Shown here piece after piece: positions 1 through 14,327 of a stretch of DNA of 64,000 nt (positions are counted from its first letter, which is position 1; each line of letters opens with the position of its first letter). This stretch comes from the human T2T-CHM13v2.0 reference genome, Homo sapiens. The translations under genes and the position numbers were made by a program. The notes beneath the pieces were generated by a model, which was not told the DNA's origin, made no database searches, and saw only the letters and a list, made by a program, of their open reading frames with translations. The stretch lies in the NCBI RefSeq assembly GCF_009914755.1, contig NC_060948.1; one strand, written 5' to 3'.

Positions 1-1075
1 ATAAGCAGAGAATGGTATATTGATGCTTATCAGATTTTCAGTTTAATATTGAAGCATTACAAATTAAAATATAAGGTGTGGGATACATGCAATTTTACTT
101 TAGGGGTATGCAAAACCTGAGGGCCCCCAAAGCAGAAGAAGGCATTCAGCCCCTACTCTGCATTTCCTCCCTCCTGAGTTGCCAGCCAGCCAGCCAGCCT
201 GTCTTACAGATTCCAGACTTGCCAGTTCCCAGATTGCGTGAGTCAATTCCTTAAAATAGATCGATCTAATAAATTTATCCTATATTGGTGAACAAATTTA
301 GCACAGAACTTTGATATATATTAGTACCACTTATTATTTTTAGAAAAGTTGGAATTTGAATAACTTATACCAAAGTTTAATTCGTCATCTGGTGTGTATG
401 TTATAAATGCACACCCACTCACAGAGACCTATTCATGGCCTCACATAAAAATAGGCAATAGATACAGGAAAAGACAGGCAGCCATAGAAGGTCTTAGATA
501 AGAAACCCCATCCTTCGCACACTCACTCAAGAACGTTGTTCCCAACTTCTACATCTTTTGTAGTTTATATCCACTGGGCACCCCTAACATCCATCCACAT
601 TCTTTCATTTATCCCATTTGGAAATAAGCATCTGACCTGCACTTTCTCTGCCTGATGTGGCTGTATGTCTTTGTTTCTCTAGCAACCATCTGCTCGTCTT
701 CCAAGAGTCCTCACTGATCACATCTCAACTCCTCTTCACCTATCCTTTCTTAAATCCACTCCACTTCACCAAACTCCTCTTGCCAATTATACAATTGGAT
801 CTTAGGCCCCACAAAAGTGGAGCTACTATTCCTAATGTTCCTAAAAAATGACCATTCTGCATTTTCCCTCCAATCTCCACTGCCTCTATTTTTGGAAAAA
901 AATTTCATCTTTGAAAAAGCATTTAAGACCAACTTTTTTTCCCACTCTGGTGGGAAAAGAAATATTGCTGAATGCAGAGGACAACTACATGAATTCATAC
1001 TACTTGCTCTGGCAATATTCCCAGATCCTTATCCTGGAGCATTTGTGGTAGTTGGGAGGATGGATTTTCTAGCAG

Positions 1076-1455
1076 TATATAGACTGAATGTGTATGTCCC
1101 CCAAAAATTCATATGTTGAAACCTAGTCCTCAACTGTGTAGGTATTTGGAAGTGGGGCTTTGGGAGGTAATAAGGCCATGAGAGTGGAGCCCCATGAGTG
1201 GAATTCCTACCATTACAAAAGGGTCCCCAGAATTCCTACCATTACAAAAGGCGCCATTGCAAAAGACACCCTCATCCCTTTTACCATGTGAGGACACAGC
1301 GAGAAGGTGCTGTCTATGACCCAGAAAGTGAGTCCTCACCAGCCACTGAATCTGCCTTGATCTTGGACTTCTGGTGTCCAGAACTGTGATCAGTTTTTGT
1401 TTTTTACAAACCATGGGTACAGTCTTTTGTTTTAGCAGCCAAAGCAGGTAAGATA
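1076..1455 (+). mobile_element. MaLR LTR (MLT1A-like)
   Basis: Typical motifs: gactgaatgtgtatgtcccccaaaaattcatatgttgaaacc ... ccatgtgaggacacagcgagaagg ... ccttgatcttggacttc ... ccagaactgtga. Confidence 0.75.
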
Positions 1456-2789
1456 GGTGATGCTGGAAAGTAATGGAGATGTCCACAAACACCCTGAATC
1501 ATGTACTGCTTCCCAACCCCCTGTCCTCCTAGCAGAGACAGCAGGAAAAAGAAGGCTTACTTCCTCCAGATTTGATGCTCTTCTACCCACAGTAATGACA
1601 GACAGGTTGCCTTATATTTTTATTGTGTTTGGTTCATCTGATCAATTCACAAATTGCTCAAATGTCAGAAAAATGGGTCAAAGGGCCAGTTTGGATTTCT
1701 GTGGTAGAAAAAGAAAATGCAAAAGACTAGATCCTGGTGTATTCCTAGACTGTAAGAAAGTTCTTATTTTACAAAGCCATAAATAAATATGACATTTCTG
1801 GTGCCTGAGAATTTGAGGCAGGTAGTACTCCCGTGAAGTAAGATAATGTCTTATGTAAAATAATAAATTCATTCAAAACCATGGGAATCATTGTAACTTT
1901 CATTGTCAAGAAAGAAACACATAATTTTGGATGTAGGTGAACACTAATTATTAAAGATGATTGTTCTCAGAACAAGTTTATTCCGATTTGTAGCTACAGC
2001 AATCTAAGAGAAAAGCAATACAGCAACCACAACCAATATGAGGCTTCTTATAATCATGTTGGGGTGGGGATGCTTCTTCTCTGTCCTACATCCTGAGAAT
2101 GACTGAAGGTTTCCTCCTGTCATGCGATCTTCCCTTCATTTGCTATATTCTAGATTTGCTAGTCTAGTGCACTCACTCCAGGAACTCTGTACTTGTACTC
2201 AGCATTTACTGGGTGGTGTATATCTGTCACAGGTTATAAGTTTCATGAAAAGCATGTATCATGCCTCCCTTTTTCCTCATGCACGCATGCAGCAAGCCAA
2301 TTAAGGGCATAAAACACAGCACATAAAGCCCTCCATTGATTGACTTAAATTAATTTATGAACAGTTGCAAGGGTAACTGAGGGCCCACATGGTTTTCATG
2401 TATCATTTAAAAAAATTTTAAATAATGTGATTTGATTTTTTATCTATATTCTTATTCTATAGAAATTAATCTATCATATTTCAATAGTAACATGGTTGAC
2501 ATTGAGGTTTAATATAATATGTTGGAACACACATGATACCTTGATTCTGAATCAACACTGTATGTGCAATTTGATGTCTGATGTATGATTTGGGGCAGTT
2601 TGAAGACCAGACATTTCTTTGTACTGAGCCTCTCCCATTCCCTGTGTGTGAAGGGAACCGTGGGAATAAATCAGTCTTCAATGGATAGGACAGTTGCCTT
2701 TGTCCCTGGAAGGTTTCATCAACTGATCACAGCAGTCTGTTTTTCTGAGTCAAGATGCAACTTCCCCTTGATGTAGGACACTACATATA

Positions 2790-3394
2790 GTGTAGTGTGC
2801 TATTCCATATCTATTGGAATCATCACACATGATCAGTCAGGTTTAATGTCAAGTCAGGTTTAATGTCAAGGGTGTGATAGATAGAAATGGATGCAGATAG
2901 TCTTGCAAATTTAGTTGAACCCTCTCCCAGCATCTTCTGCTGGCCTCAGTGACTATCTTCTTGAATAGAATGTTCTGGGAGTAATGATTTGGGACTTCCA
3001 AGGATGGATTATAAGGAACTATTAAGCTTCCATTTAGGACATTTGGAGTGCTGATTCTTGTGACATTTCCTTTTGGAACCCATACCTCATGCTGCAAGTG
3101 TTCAAGCCCCATGGAGAAGCTATGCATGGTGCTCCAATCAGTAGCTTTTGCTTCATTTCCAGTTGACAACCAGCAGTGCCACCATGTGAGTGACCCATTA
3201 AGGACATCCCATCTGATTGAGAACTCCTATCCCTTAGCTAACTCAGGAACTCTCAAGAGAGAACTTCTCAGCTAATCCCAGTCAACTCACAGAATTATGG
3301 GAGATCCTCATAAAAGAGTGTTTGAAGCCATACATTATGGGCATGTTTGTTACACAGCAATAGCTAACCATTGTTACACAGCAATAGCTAACCA
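2790..3394 (+). mobile_element. Old MaLR LTR (MLT1G/H-like)
   Basis: ccagtcaactcacagaattatg ... tgtttgaagcca ... tttgttacacagcaatagctaac terminus; the 5' boundary is uncertain. Confidence 0.55.
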
Positions 3395-4814
3395 GAGCAG
3401 GCATTGAAACCAGAAGTGAGGATCTCTTTCAACAGAAACCTAAAGTAAGTGGTGTTGGATTTGAGGCCAAATGGTATATGGAAGCTAGAACCTCCATGGG
3501 GCGAGACAAAGGGCTTAAAGAACAAGGAAAGAAAATTGGAGGCTGGGGCATTGGAACTGATGAAGAGAACTCTTTGAATGACTGACTCACAACAGTGAGC
3601 ACTTTTCTCACTATTGGTGAGAGAAGTAACCTTTTGCATTGTGCAACTGCATGCAAACTGGATTTTGTCTTTTGAAATAGAAAGATGGCATCTCAACACA
3701 TTTGTCATGTGTAGTTCCTAATAAGCTTAATACTTAACATAAAGTTCACAGGCCTGTGTTATTTATAATCTTAGTATAGTATAGTTTACACTGGATGGCA
3801 AAAGGTCACATATACAATGACAATAATAGATTCTTTTAAAATTTATTTTGGTTACACTTAAATGTAAATTGTGAACATCATTTCTATTTTCTATTATACC
3901 CCATGGCTTTTCTATTGTTTGAGTCATACTAAGTCTATTTTTATTGCATAAATTTTGCAACATATATTCTAACAGGAAAAATAAAATTATAAAACATATG
4001 TTTTATATATGTCTTTCCTTTAAACGTGAGATTTTAACTAGGTTTTCTTCTTCTCTGTTACTATGCATATGTCTTTTTATTCTTTGGATCAATATATTCC
4101 CACATCCCCTGGAACATTTTTTGGAAAGTTGGCAGTGCTCCTATAAATTCTTTTTAGTCTCTATCTGCCTGACATATATTTAGGTTCCATATATATTTAT
4201 CATTTTCTACTTAAATATACATATTTCCATTTTTATGCTCATGCTATTCTGCAAATGTCTGATTTTTAAGGATGAGACATGCATTTAAAAAGGACATCTG
4301 TATCTTCTTTCAGAATATTTTTTCCTTAATATGTGTTACTTTCATATTTGAAATTTCATACCCACAAACATACACATACAAACATGTGTGCATAATATAC
4401 ATCTCACAGAAATATCCACCACTTTGGGAAAATGTCATTTCTGTTGAAAATGTCTTTACAGCCACAAAATATATATTATTTCTTGGCCTAAGCCACAGAT
4501 CCTCTGTCACCACTATCAATTCATCCCCAGGGTCTAATCACTTGAAATTAATATTGTTTCTTTGAAGAATTTCAGAATTAATTTTTTTCCTCAAAATTTC
4601 ATGAACTTGCATGCATTTTTTACCTCAGACCTTGAACACTCTGGACAAATTCCTTTATCCCTGTAAATTTTTTAACTAATTCTAAACAAAATACCTTTGT
4701 TCACTTTTCCCCTAAATTTGCTAACTTTCATGCATTTTGTTTTGTGACTTGAAAATGCTCTGGAAACACTTCTTTATGCCCATGATTCTTTAATTCTAAA
4801 CAAGCTACTTTTAT

Positions 4815-5780
<966 letters not shown>

Positions 5781-6111
5781 TACCAGCATCCACTACATGT
5801 ATGGACAGTTTTCTTGGGTTTCACCTCAGAAAACACTGCTAAAATTCAAGATAAAATTACTTTGATTACATGGGTTAATAATAGCTCTCTGTGTGTGTCT
5901 TAGTCCCCTCTCTGTTTCCTATGTGTATTACTTGATTTCTAAATAAACTGTAGAAGCTCCAAGTACTTATTTGAATCTCTACATACAATGGTGCCATGTT
6001 ATCTAATTTTTCCTTTAGGATGTGTACAAAGACTGTACAAAATATTTGAATTGTGTAATGGTATCCAGTATGGATAATAAAGGATAAGTAAATTTTTGAG
6101 AAGTCAGTTAA

Positions 6112-6414
6112 GTCCGGGCGCGGTGGCTCACGCCTGTAATCCCAGCAGTTTGGGAGGCCAAGCGAGCGAATCACGAGGTCAGGAGATCGAGACCATTCTG
6201 GCTAACACGGTGAAACCCCGTCTCTACTAAAAATACAAAACATTAGCCGGGCGCTGTGGCGGCTGCCTGTAGTCCCAGCTACTCAGGAGGCTGAAGCAGG
6301 AGAATGGCGTGAACCTGGGAGGCGGAGCTTGTAGTGAGCTGAGATCGCACCGCTGCTCTCCAGCCTGGGCGACAGAGCGAGACTCCGTCTCAAAAAAAAA
6401 AAAAAAAAAAAAAA
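6112..6414 (+). mobile_element. AluY followed by an extra L1-derived segment and a second A-rich tail (see findings)
   Basis: AluY diagnostic ggagatcgagacc and gaatggcgtgaacc; poly(A) at 6392-6414. Confidence 0.93.
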
Positions 6415-6644
6415 GTCAAAAAATAACAGATGCTGGTGAGGTTGCAAAGAAAAGAGAACACTTACACAATATCGGAGAGAGTGTAAATTAAATCAATCAT
6501 TGTGGAAAGCAGTATAGTGACTCCTCAAAGAGCTAAAAACGGAACCAAAAAGAAAAAAAGAAAAAAAAGAAAAGTCAGTTGAAATGTAATAGATACATAG
6601 ATGTCTAATTTTTCAGTTCTGAACTATGGACATTTTTGCAAAGA

Positions 6645-6850
6645 TACATGCTTTTCACTTCAGGAGGTATTTGTCAAGGTCTGGAAAAAATTTTGGCTGC
6701 CACAGCTAGATTATGGGAGTGAGTACCACTCGCATTTCAAGGCCAGAGGCCAGAGATACTGTTAAGCCACCCACAAGGCATAGGATAGCCCAGCACATTA
6801 AATAATCTTCCATCTACACATGTCAATATTCCTGAGGTTGAGAAACCCAG
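6645..6850 (+). mobile_element. MER20 hAT DNA transposon remnant
   Basis: gtctggaaaaaattttggctgccacagct ... agaggccagagatactgttaa ... atgtcaatattcctgaggttgagaaaccc. Confidence 0.7.
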
Positions 6851-7039
6851 ATCTAGAGTAATATTGATGAGCAGTAAGTATAGGCCGAAGCCTCGTTTTC
6901 CATATGGCTGTGATAGATTTTTTAAAATAGTCATTGGAAGAAATAAACCCTCGGTTCTATGGAAGTCATAAGGAATATTCTGCCTGTGTGCTTGTACAAC
7001 CTTGGCTTGGAGCAGCGGTGGATATAATGCAAGTGGCTT

Positions 7040-7240
7040 TGCAGAATCACGGGGTTTTCTACAGGTCATTTCATCACCCAGGTATTAAGCTGAGTACTCA
7101 TTAGTTATTTTTCCTGATACTCTCCCTGCTCCCACCTTCCACCCTCAAGGAGGTCTCAGTGTGTGTTACTCTCCTCTATGTGTCGTTGTGTTCTCGTCCT
7201 TTAGCTCCCACTTATAAGTAAAGACATTCAGTATTTGCTC
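7040..7240 (-). mobile_element. L1 3'UTR fragment
   Basis: atttcatcacccaggtattaagc ... tttagctcccacttataagt ... cagtatttg is the reverse complement of an L1 3' end. Confidence 0.75.
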
Positions 7241-7636
7241 CAGATAGTTGCTGGAGGCTATTATCCTTACAATCTTCTATATTAATTACAATGGGGCATC
7301 TCCTGAATTTCAGAGGAATACTTGTTTCCTGATTCCTGATGTATATACTATCAGCATATACATAAATACATAAATACATGGCTGTGAAATCACATAAAGC
7401 CTTTACTTCCATACTTGACTTCCTGCAGAACCTCCACATTTCTTATGAGCTTCCATTTTTCTTTCTTCTTGGCATTTATCATTACTTAATGAGAGGTTTC
7501 CAAAGTTTAGAGTAGTACATTAATTACCATTTCTCCTCTTCCTCCTCCTGCTCCTCCTCCTCTTCCTCCTCCTCTTCCCTTTCCCCTTACTCTCTTTCTC
7601 CCCCACCTTCTCCTCTTTCTTCCTCTTCTTCCTTCA

Positions 7637-7953
7637 TTATTTATTTATTTATTTATTTATTTCTGAGACAGCATTTTGCTCTTTCACCCAGGCTAGAATG
7701 CAGTGACACCATCATAGCACAGTGCAGCCTCAACCTCCTAGGCTCAAGCAATCCTCCTGTCTTGGCCCCCCAAAGTGCTGGGAATACAGGCATGTGCCAC
7801 ATGCCAGACTACTTTTTATTTTTATTATCTTTTTTTTAAGAGACAGTCGTGCTCTCTTGACCACGCTGGTTTTGAACTCCTGGGCTCGACCAGTCCTCCT
7901 TCCTTGACCTCCCAAAATGCTGAGATTACAAGCATGAGTCACCATGCCTGGCC
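7637..7953 (-). mobile_element. AluJ, preceded by a (CTC)-rich tract at ~7530-7635
   Basis: (TTTA)n tail; cctcctaggctcaagcaatcctcc ... accatgcctggcc. Confidence 0.85.
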
Positions 7954-8799
7954 TTAAATTGTGTATCTTCTAATTGATGTAGACTTTTATGCCCTATTTA
8001 TTTGTGCTTTGAAGTGAACTGATTCTGAATGTCAGTGCTAGAGCACTGCTTAGTGTTTGGGGGTGGTTAGGCAGATATGCAAGTTCTTAGAGCATAAAGC
8101 TGCTCACTGCTCCCAGTAGAGGGGCTGCAACTGTTTGGAGGGTTTTAGAATACTACCATTTGTGAGTTATGTATGAAGTTAGGGAAGCCTGCTACTCCTG
8201 ATTAGACTGGCAACAACTTTTTGCATTATAAGACAACTGAAATTTCATGTCCAAGCCAGGTGATCTGAGCTACCCCTGTTCATTCCAGATCCAGGGCTGG
8301 TGAGGCAAAATGGTATCCCCAAAACAGATGGGTCTCTTTACTGAACTTCTGGGTTATCTCCACCATGTAGAGAAGATATAGAATCATGCATTTATAAACT
8401 GTATGGTTGAAGATGGCACCCACAGTTACATTTTTCTCCCAAACTTCCCCGGCCTATCTCAGTTCTTAGATATATTGTCTGAGGATTCCTGATTAGGCAT
8501 AGAGTAATGAGGAAATTTTCTCCTTAGATGATTATGGCAAGCTGCTATAGGCCTGTTATTTATCCTCAGTTAATATGGATATTCTAGTAGGAGGGCACAG
8601 TAAGGTAGGAAGAAATGGTCACTCTGAATTCAAAGTATCTCTTAATTTAGAAGGCAAGTTTACCACTCTGAAAGTACTGAGAGTCTCAAATTTCACGTAA
8701 GCATATTTTTGAGCATTTTCTACAAATCCTCATTTCTTCAAATCCCATCCTTTGCAACCTCAAGTTTATCCGGAGGATTCACACTGCCTGCAAGTCCTT

Positions 8800-9450
8800 C
8801 TTGTATGCATTTCTTGTTGTTTCTGTAACAAATTATCTCACCTGTAGTGGCTTAAAACACACACATTTATTATATCGCCATTGTGAAGTTCTGTAGTCTG
8901 AGTAGCTTGGATGGTTTCTCTTCATTGTCGACCAAGGCTGAATTCAGTGTGTTGGCAGCAGGGTAGTGTTTCTTCCTCCATATTCCAGGGATGCGTTCAC
9001 TTCCAGAAACATCTGGGTTGTTGGCTACATTCAGTTCCATCAGGTTGCGGGTCCTGCTTCCTTGCAGGCTATTGATTGGCTGAGGGCAAATTTTGGCTTC
9101 TTGAGGATCGAAGCATTCCATGACTCCTGGCCTCCTTCCTCATTCTTCAAAGCACAGCTTTTAATGTTCTGAATCTCTCCAACTACCTTTTCTACCTCTT
9201 CTGTCCTTTCCCTTGTCATATGGCTTGTCTGACCTGATTGTTCTGTCACTGTTTTCTTGGTTTTCAGTATCATACAATTGTATTGGACACATTTGGTTAT
9301 TCTAGGATAATCAGCTTATCTTAACATCAGCTGACTAGTAACCTTAATTGTATCTGCAAAGACCATTCATAACAGTACCTAGATACATGTTTAACTTAAT
9401 AGCGAGGGGAATAAGAATCTTGAGTGGTGTCTTTATAATTCTGTTTACCA
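8800..9450 (-). mobile_element. MaLR LTR (MLT1E/F-like)
   Basis: ctgtaacaaattatc...agtggcttaaaacac...atttattat; aaggctgaattcagtgtgttggcag; ggttgttggctacattcagttcc. Confidence 0.6.
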
Positions 9451-9590
9451 CACACCCATCCGGGTGGACAGACTCCTTACAACTGGGTTTGAGTACTCAG
9501 AACAATGGCCTTCCATCTTTACTCACCCAGGGAGCTCCTCCAGGGAAAGCTCATCTAAGTAAGATCTCACCATCATTTTCATGCCCTTTC

Positions 9591-9897
9591 TTTTTTTTTT
9601 TTTCTTTGTTGTTTTGAGACAGAGCCTTGTTGTCTCTCCCAGACTGGAGTGAAGTGACATGATCTCGGCCCAGTGCTACCTCCACCTCCCAGGTTCAAGC
9701 AGTTCTGCTGTTTCAGCCTCCTGAGTAGCTGGGACTACAGGAGTGTGCCACCACACCTAGCTAATTTTTGTACTTTTAGGAGAGATGAGGTTTCGCCATG
9801 TTGGTCAGGCTGATCTCAAACTCCTAACCTCAGGTGATCCACCTGCCTCAGACTACCAAAGTTCTGAAATTATAGTCATGAGCCACTGTGCCCAGCC
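9591..9897 (-). mobile_element. AluS
   Basis: T tail; caggtgatccacctgcctc ... gagccactgtgcccagcc. Confidence 0.9.
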
Positions 9898-9950
9898 TCT
9901 CCTGATCTTTTGAAGTCCAAGTAATAATCCTCAGGTGGCAGTGCACATAA

Positions 9951-10278
<328 letters not shown>

Positions 10279-11774
10279 GTGAGCCACTATGCCTGGCCTA
10301 TTTGTCCTTTTTAATTTAAAAGACTCAACATGTAGAAATAATTTTATCCCTTCACCTTGTGCATTAAGAGCTTCCTTTTTCTTGCAGATGGCTGAACTGA
10401 AGCACCATAAGTGATGAGATGACATTTTGTATTTTTACACACATTCCTGCCCTTTCTCAGATGAGTCTAGGCTTTCATCAGTATTTAAATGCTAACTTAC
10501 TCTGGCAAGACATTTAGGTCCAGAAAATAGTTTAAAAAAATAACATCTTCACAGAAAGAACCTCCAGATAGTTAAAAATAGGGGAACTTGTGGATACACC
10601 ATATTCTGAACAATTAGTGTTGCTAAATAAACCACATTATTTTAGGTTTTTCTTCCTGATTTTTTTTTTCTTCCTTGTGTTACTTTAATTCTGGAACATA
10701 ACTGGGCACTGATAATACTACAGCAGACCCTTATCTCTTTTCTTTATTATGACTGGAAATCGTAATTAGAAAGATGGATAAAAATGGAAAAGCTTAATGA
10801 CGTATGCATATTTTTATAAGACAGAAATATGGAAAGATACGAGCAATAAAATAATTCAGTTTAGAATAGGAAGGGTTATAAAACACTTTTTAAGCAGAAA
10901 AGGAATCAGAGAATGGCACTTTATAATATAGTAATTAAGCCTATTTATTTGATAAAATTCAAATGTCATGTCCTCTTTGTACCTATGAGTGCACATTAAC
11001 AGTAACCATAAAAAAGAATACTTGGAGCTACAGATATGTGTGTGTGTGTGTGCATCTGCACCTGTGTCTTTGGGTGTGTTCCATCTGATTTGATTTTTCA
11101 CCATATCTCTATTTTTGCACTCCCAAATGTAAGTATTTAAGTGTTTATTATATAAAATATTTTTGCATTCTTCCTCCCTTCACATGCAGTGATTTACAAA
11201 TTTCCTATCTGACTATTTCCATCCTGCAAACCCCCAGAATACTGTGGCTGAGGTACTCCTCTTTCTGTTCCCTTCTCTATATAGGTGGAACATCTTCTGG
11301 GAACCATCTTCCATCTATAAGTTTCCCATTCACAGAGGTGGCTAAATCTGTAGCATGCATCCATCCATATCCAATAGTGTCTTTACATGGGTGGGTTGGA
11401 TAATGCAAAACCAAGCTTCAACGTCAATGGTGTGAGAAGTACACAAACACACACACACAAATAAAAACATGCATAATCTCTGTAGATCAGAAGGGGATTG
11501 TCCAGAGTTAATATTAATGTACACTCTTAACTACAAAGAGGTCATAACATCCAAATTCCGTTAAGTACATTGACTAAATTACTATATTATAAAGCTCCCA
11601 TTCTCTAATATCTTTTGTGCTAAAAATATTCCCAAGCCATGTTGAAGATATCTTTCAACAGTTATGTTTCCTAAAAATATGCCTAGATTGTTAAATGTTC
11701 ACTTCTTCATGTGTTTTTCTGGTTACGATTTTCAGTCATAAAGATGAAAGTGACAAGGGTCTCAGCAGTGTTTT

Positions 11775-12495
11775 ACCTCTAAACCTAATACTGACCCTAA
11801 CAGAAATTGAAACCTTAAAACTAACCTGTGGCCTTTGACCATTGCTTCTTGATCATTGAGCTGACCCATGACCCTGAACAGAGAATGAGAACTTGAACCC
11901 AAATTTTAATCTGGACCCTAACTAATGACTGGATATGAAACCTAATTCTACCCAACCTTGAAAATGAATCTAAATTTAGACTCAAAACCAAACCCAACCC
12001 AACACCTACTTTAACTTCAATGTAAAATTTTGAACTCACCCTTGACTTTTGCCAGTAACCCTTGACTCTTGACCCCTGATTTGAACACTGAAGGCATCTA
12101 CCAAATTCTCTAACCCACAGACTTTTGATCCTAATCCTGACCTTTGACCATTGTCCCTAATAACGAATATAATCCCTTGATCATAATATTGACTTGTGCT
12201 CCTACCCTGACATTCAATTAGTGATCTAACCATACCCCAAATTGAACTTGAAGCCAAATCCTAACATGAACCTTTATCAATACCTGAAACCCGTCCTAAC
12301 CCTTGATCTTTGATCTTTAACCCTCTGTGTTTTGCTCCTTGACTCCTGACTGTGAGATCCCAGCCTGGACTAAAATCCAAACACACACTCAACATCATTC
12401 TTGACCAGAATTGTTACCCAAACCTGAACAGGAACCCAAACCCTTACCCTACCCACTTACAAATCTGAACACAAAACCTCTACCTATTCTGAACT
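11775..12495. repeat. Highly degenerate hexamer/heptamer tract (CCCTAA/CCCTGA/TGACCY-like)
   Basis: Dense ccctaa, cctaa, ccctga, cttga, tgaccc, aaaccc and gaaccc words with a strong C-over-G skew on the + strand. Confidence 0.6.
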
Positions 12496-13134
12496 TGGGG
12501 ATTTGAGTGTCTCGGTCCTGTTTGGTAGATGCGGAGTTTGCAGGCCTTCAGTCATGGTGGACACCACAGACTTGAAGAAACTCTCCAATATATTTTTTGG
12601 GAAAAAAAGATGCAACCATTTGAGAGCAAGATGTTAAAACATTCATCCTCAATCTCTGTTTGTACAGACTTCAAGGTGAAATACATGTGGTTGGACTTGT
12701 GATATTTCCAGCCACAAAATTGTATCATGTAGAGATAATGTAGGTTTCCCTGTCTCTGAAAATGCATTTATTCAACCAGTACTTACTTGCTCCAGAAGTG
12801 CACCAGGGACCATTTTAGGCCCCTGGAGGCAGCCATAAGCAAAACTTCCCAGATCCCTACCTATGGAATCTCTGCCTATGGAATGGACATTGTCATAATG
12901 GATGTAGATAAGAAATATCCTGGACTCAAATCTGAACTTCAGTCACGCTGGAAGTCCAAACTCCTGCCCAGACATGTTTTCCTATTACTCACAGAGGATA
13001 GGTGAGGACTCAGGTTAATTAAGGTGGTTATTTTTGTTGCCAGTTTTATCTAATGTCCTTTGTGGATGATGTGTTTTTCACTTGGAATACCAACATGAGA
13101 GACTGGGCCACTTCTCAATTCAGAAATCCACTCA

Positions 13135-13412
13135 AGGCCAGGCATGGTGGCTCACACTTGTAATCCCAGCACTTTGGGAGCCAAGGTGAGAGGATCGCTT
13201 GAGCCAAAGAGTTCGAGCCCATCCTGGGCAACCTGACTAAAGCCTGTCTCTACAAAAAGAAAAAAAAAATTAGCTCAGTCTGGTAGCACATGCCTGTAGT
13301 CCCAGCTACTCAGGAGGCTTGAGGTGGGAGGATCCCTAATCCCAGGATGTCAAGGCTGCTGTGAGCTATGATTGCACCATTGCACTCCAGCCCAGGAAAT
13401 TGATCCTGTCTC

Positions 13413-13452
<40 letters not shown>
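13135..13452 (+). mobile_element. AluJ with a long pure A tail
   Basis: ggccaggcatggtggctcacacttgtaatccc ... aggatcgcttgagcc; A run of ~39 nt. Confidence 0.9.
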
Positions 13453-13454
<2 letters not shown>

Positions 13455-13468
13455 CAACTACATGTAGA

Positions 13469-13476
13469 AGAGAGAG

Positions 13477-13520
<44 letters not shown>
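13469..13520. repeat. Compound (AG)n(TG)n microsatellite
   Basis: agagagagagag followed by about 20 TG units. Confidence 0.95.
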
Positions 13521-13522
<2 letters not shown>

Positions 13523-14327
13523 CATTAGATTTAACTGAGGATTTAAGGAGAAATTTGGAGGCATATTCTCATATGGGAAAAATAGGAAAATAAACCTTCT
13601 AAAATCAACATCTAGCCCTTTTGCTGATGACCTTTTGGCTATCCTAACATAAACTTTTCTTCTGAATGCTTCAAATCTCAACTCAGCAAATCCACAATGA
13701 GCTATAGGAAATTCACGATCTCTTCTTTTCTTTGGATTTCACCCGCCGCCATTCATGATTTAACAAATAATTCTTTGAAAGGCAGTTCTCTTTCAAAGAT
13801 GAGTTTTGCTTCTCTGTGTTAAAATAATAAATATGTGTCGCTGTTAAAATAGTTTTGCATACATGAGGGAACTCCTTTAGAAGCTTTATTGGGTTTCTTA
13901 GCTGTGCATGCAATTTGAATAATTACTACATAGCAATTCCAGTAACATAGCCAATACATCAGAACCCTCAGGGGAGGCAGCCAGGAACTTTCTTGCAAAA
14001 TATCCCCCACATCTTCATCCCTCTCTGGAGACCACTGGTAAAATTTACAATCGGTAATAATTTCTACAGACATGGCAACTGAGAATGGTAGAACATTAGT
14101 TTTAAAAATCATTTTAATAAAATGGCTTTATAAATATTGAGACTTAATTATTTAATTTGTTCCAGTTAATGAAAGATTTCATTTGGCACAAGACTAGGAC
14201 AAATTAGAATACGTATAATTTTCTTCATTCCAGACAAACAATTATTTTAATGTCTACTGGTACTTAGACCACAAACTTAATTCATTGATTTCATAGTATT
14301 AGAAAATATAGAGTGAGAAAATTGTTA

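Noticed and set aside
7241-7270. Possible twin-priming inversion at the end of the L1 fragment
   Set aside because: Only ~25 bp resemble sense-strand L1 and no TSD was found.
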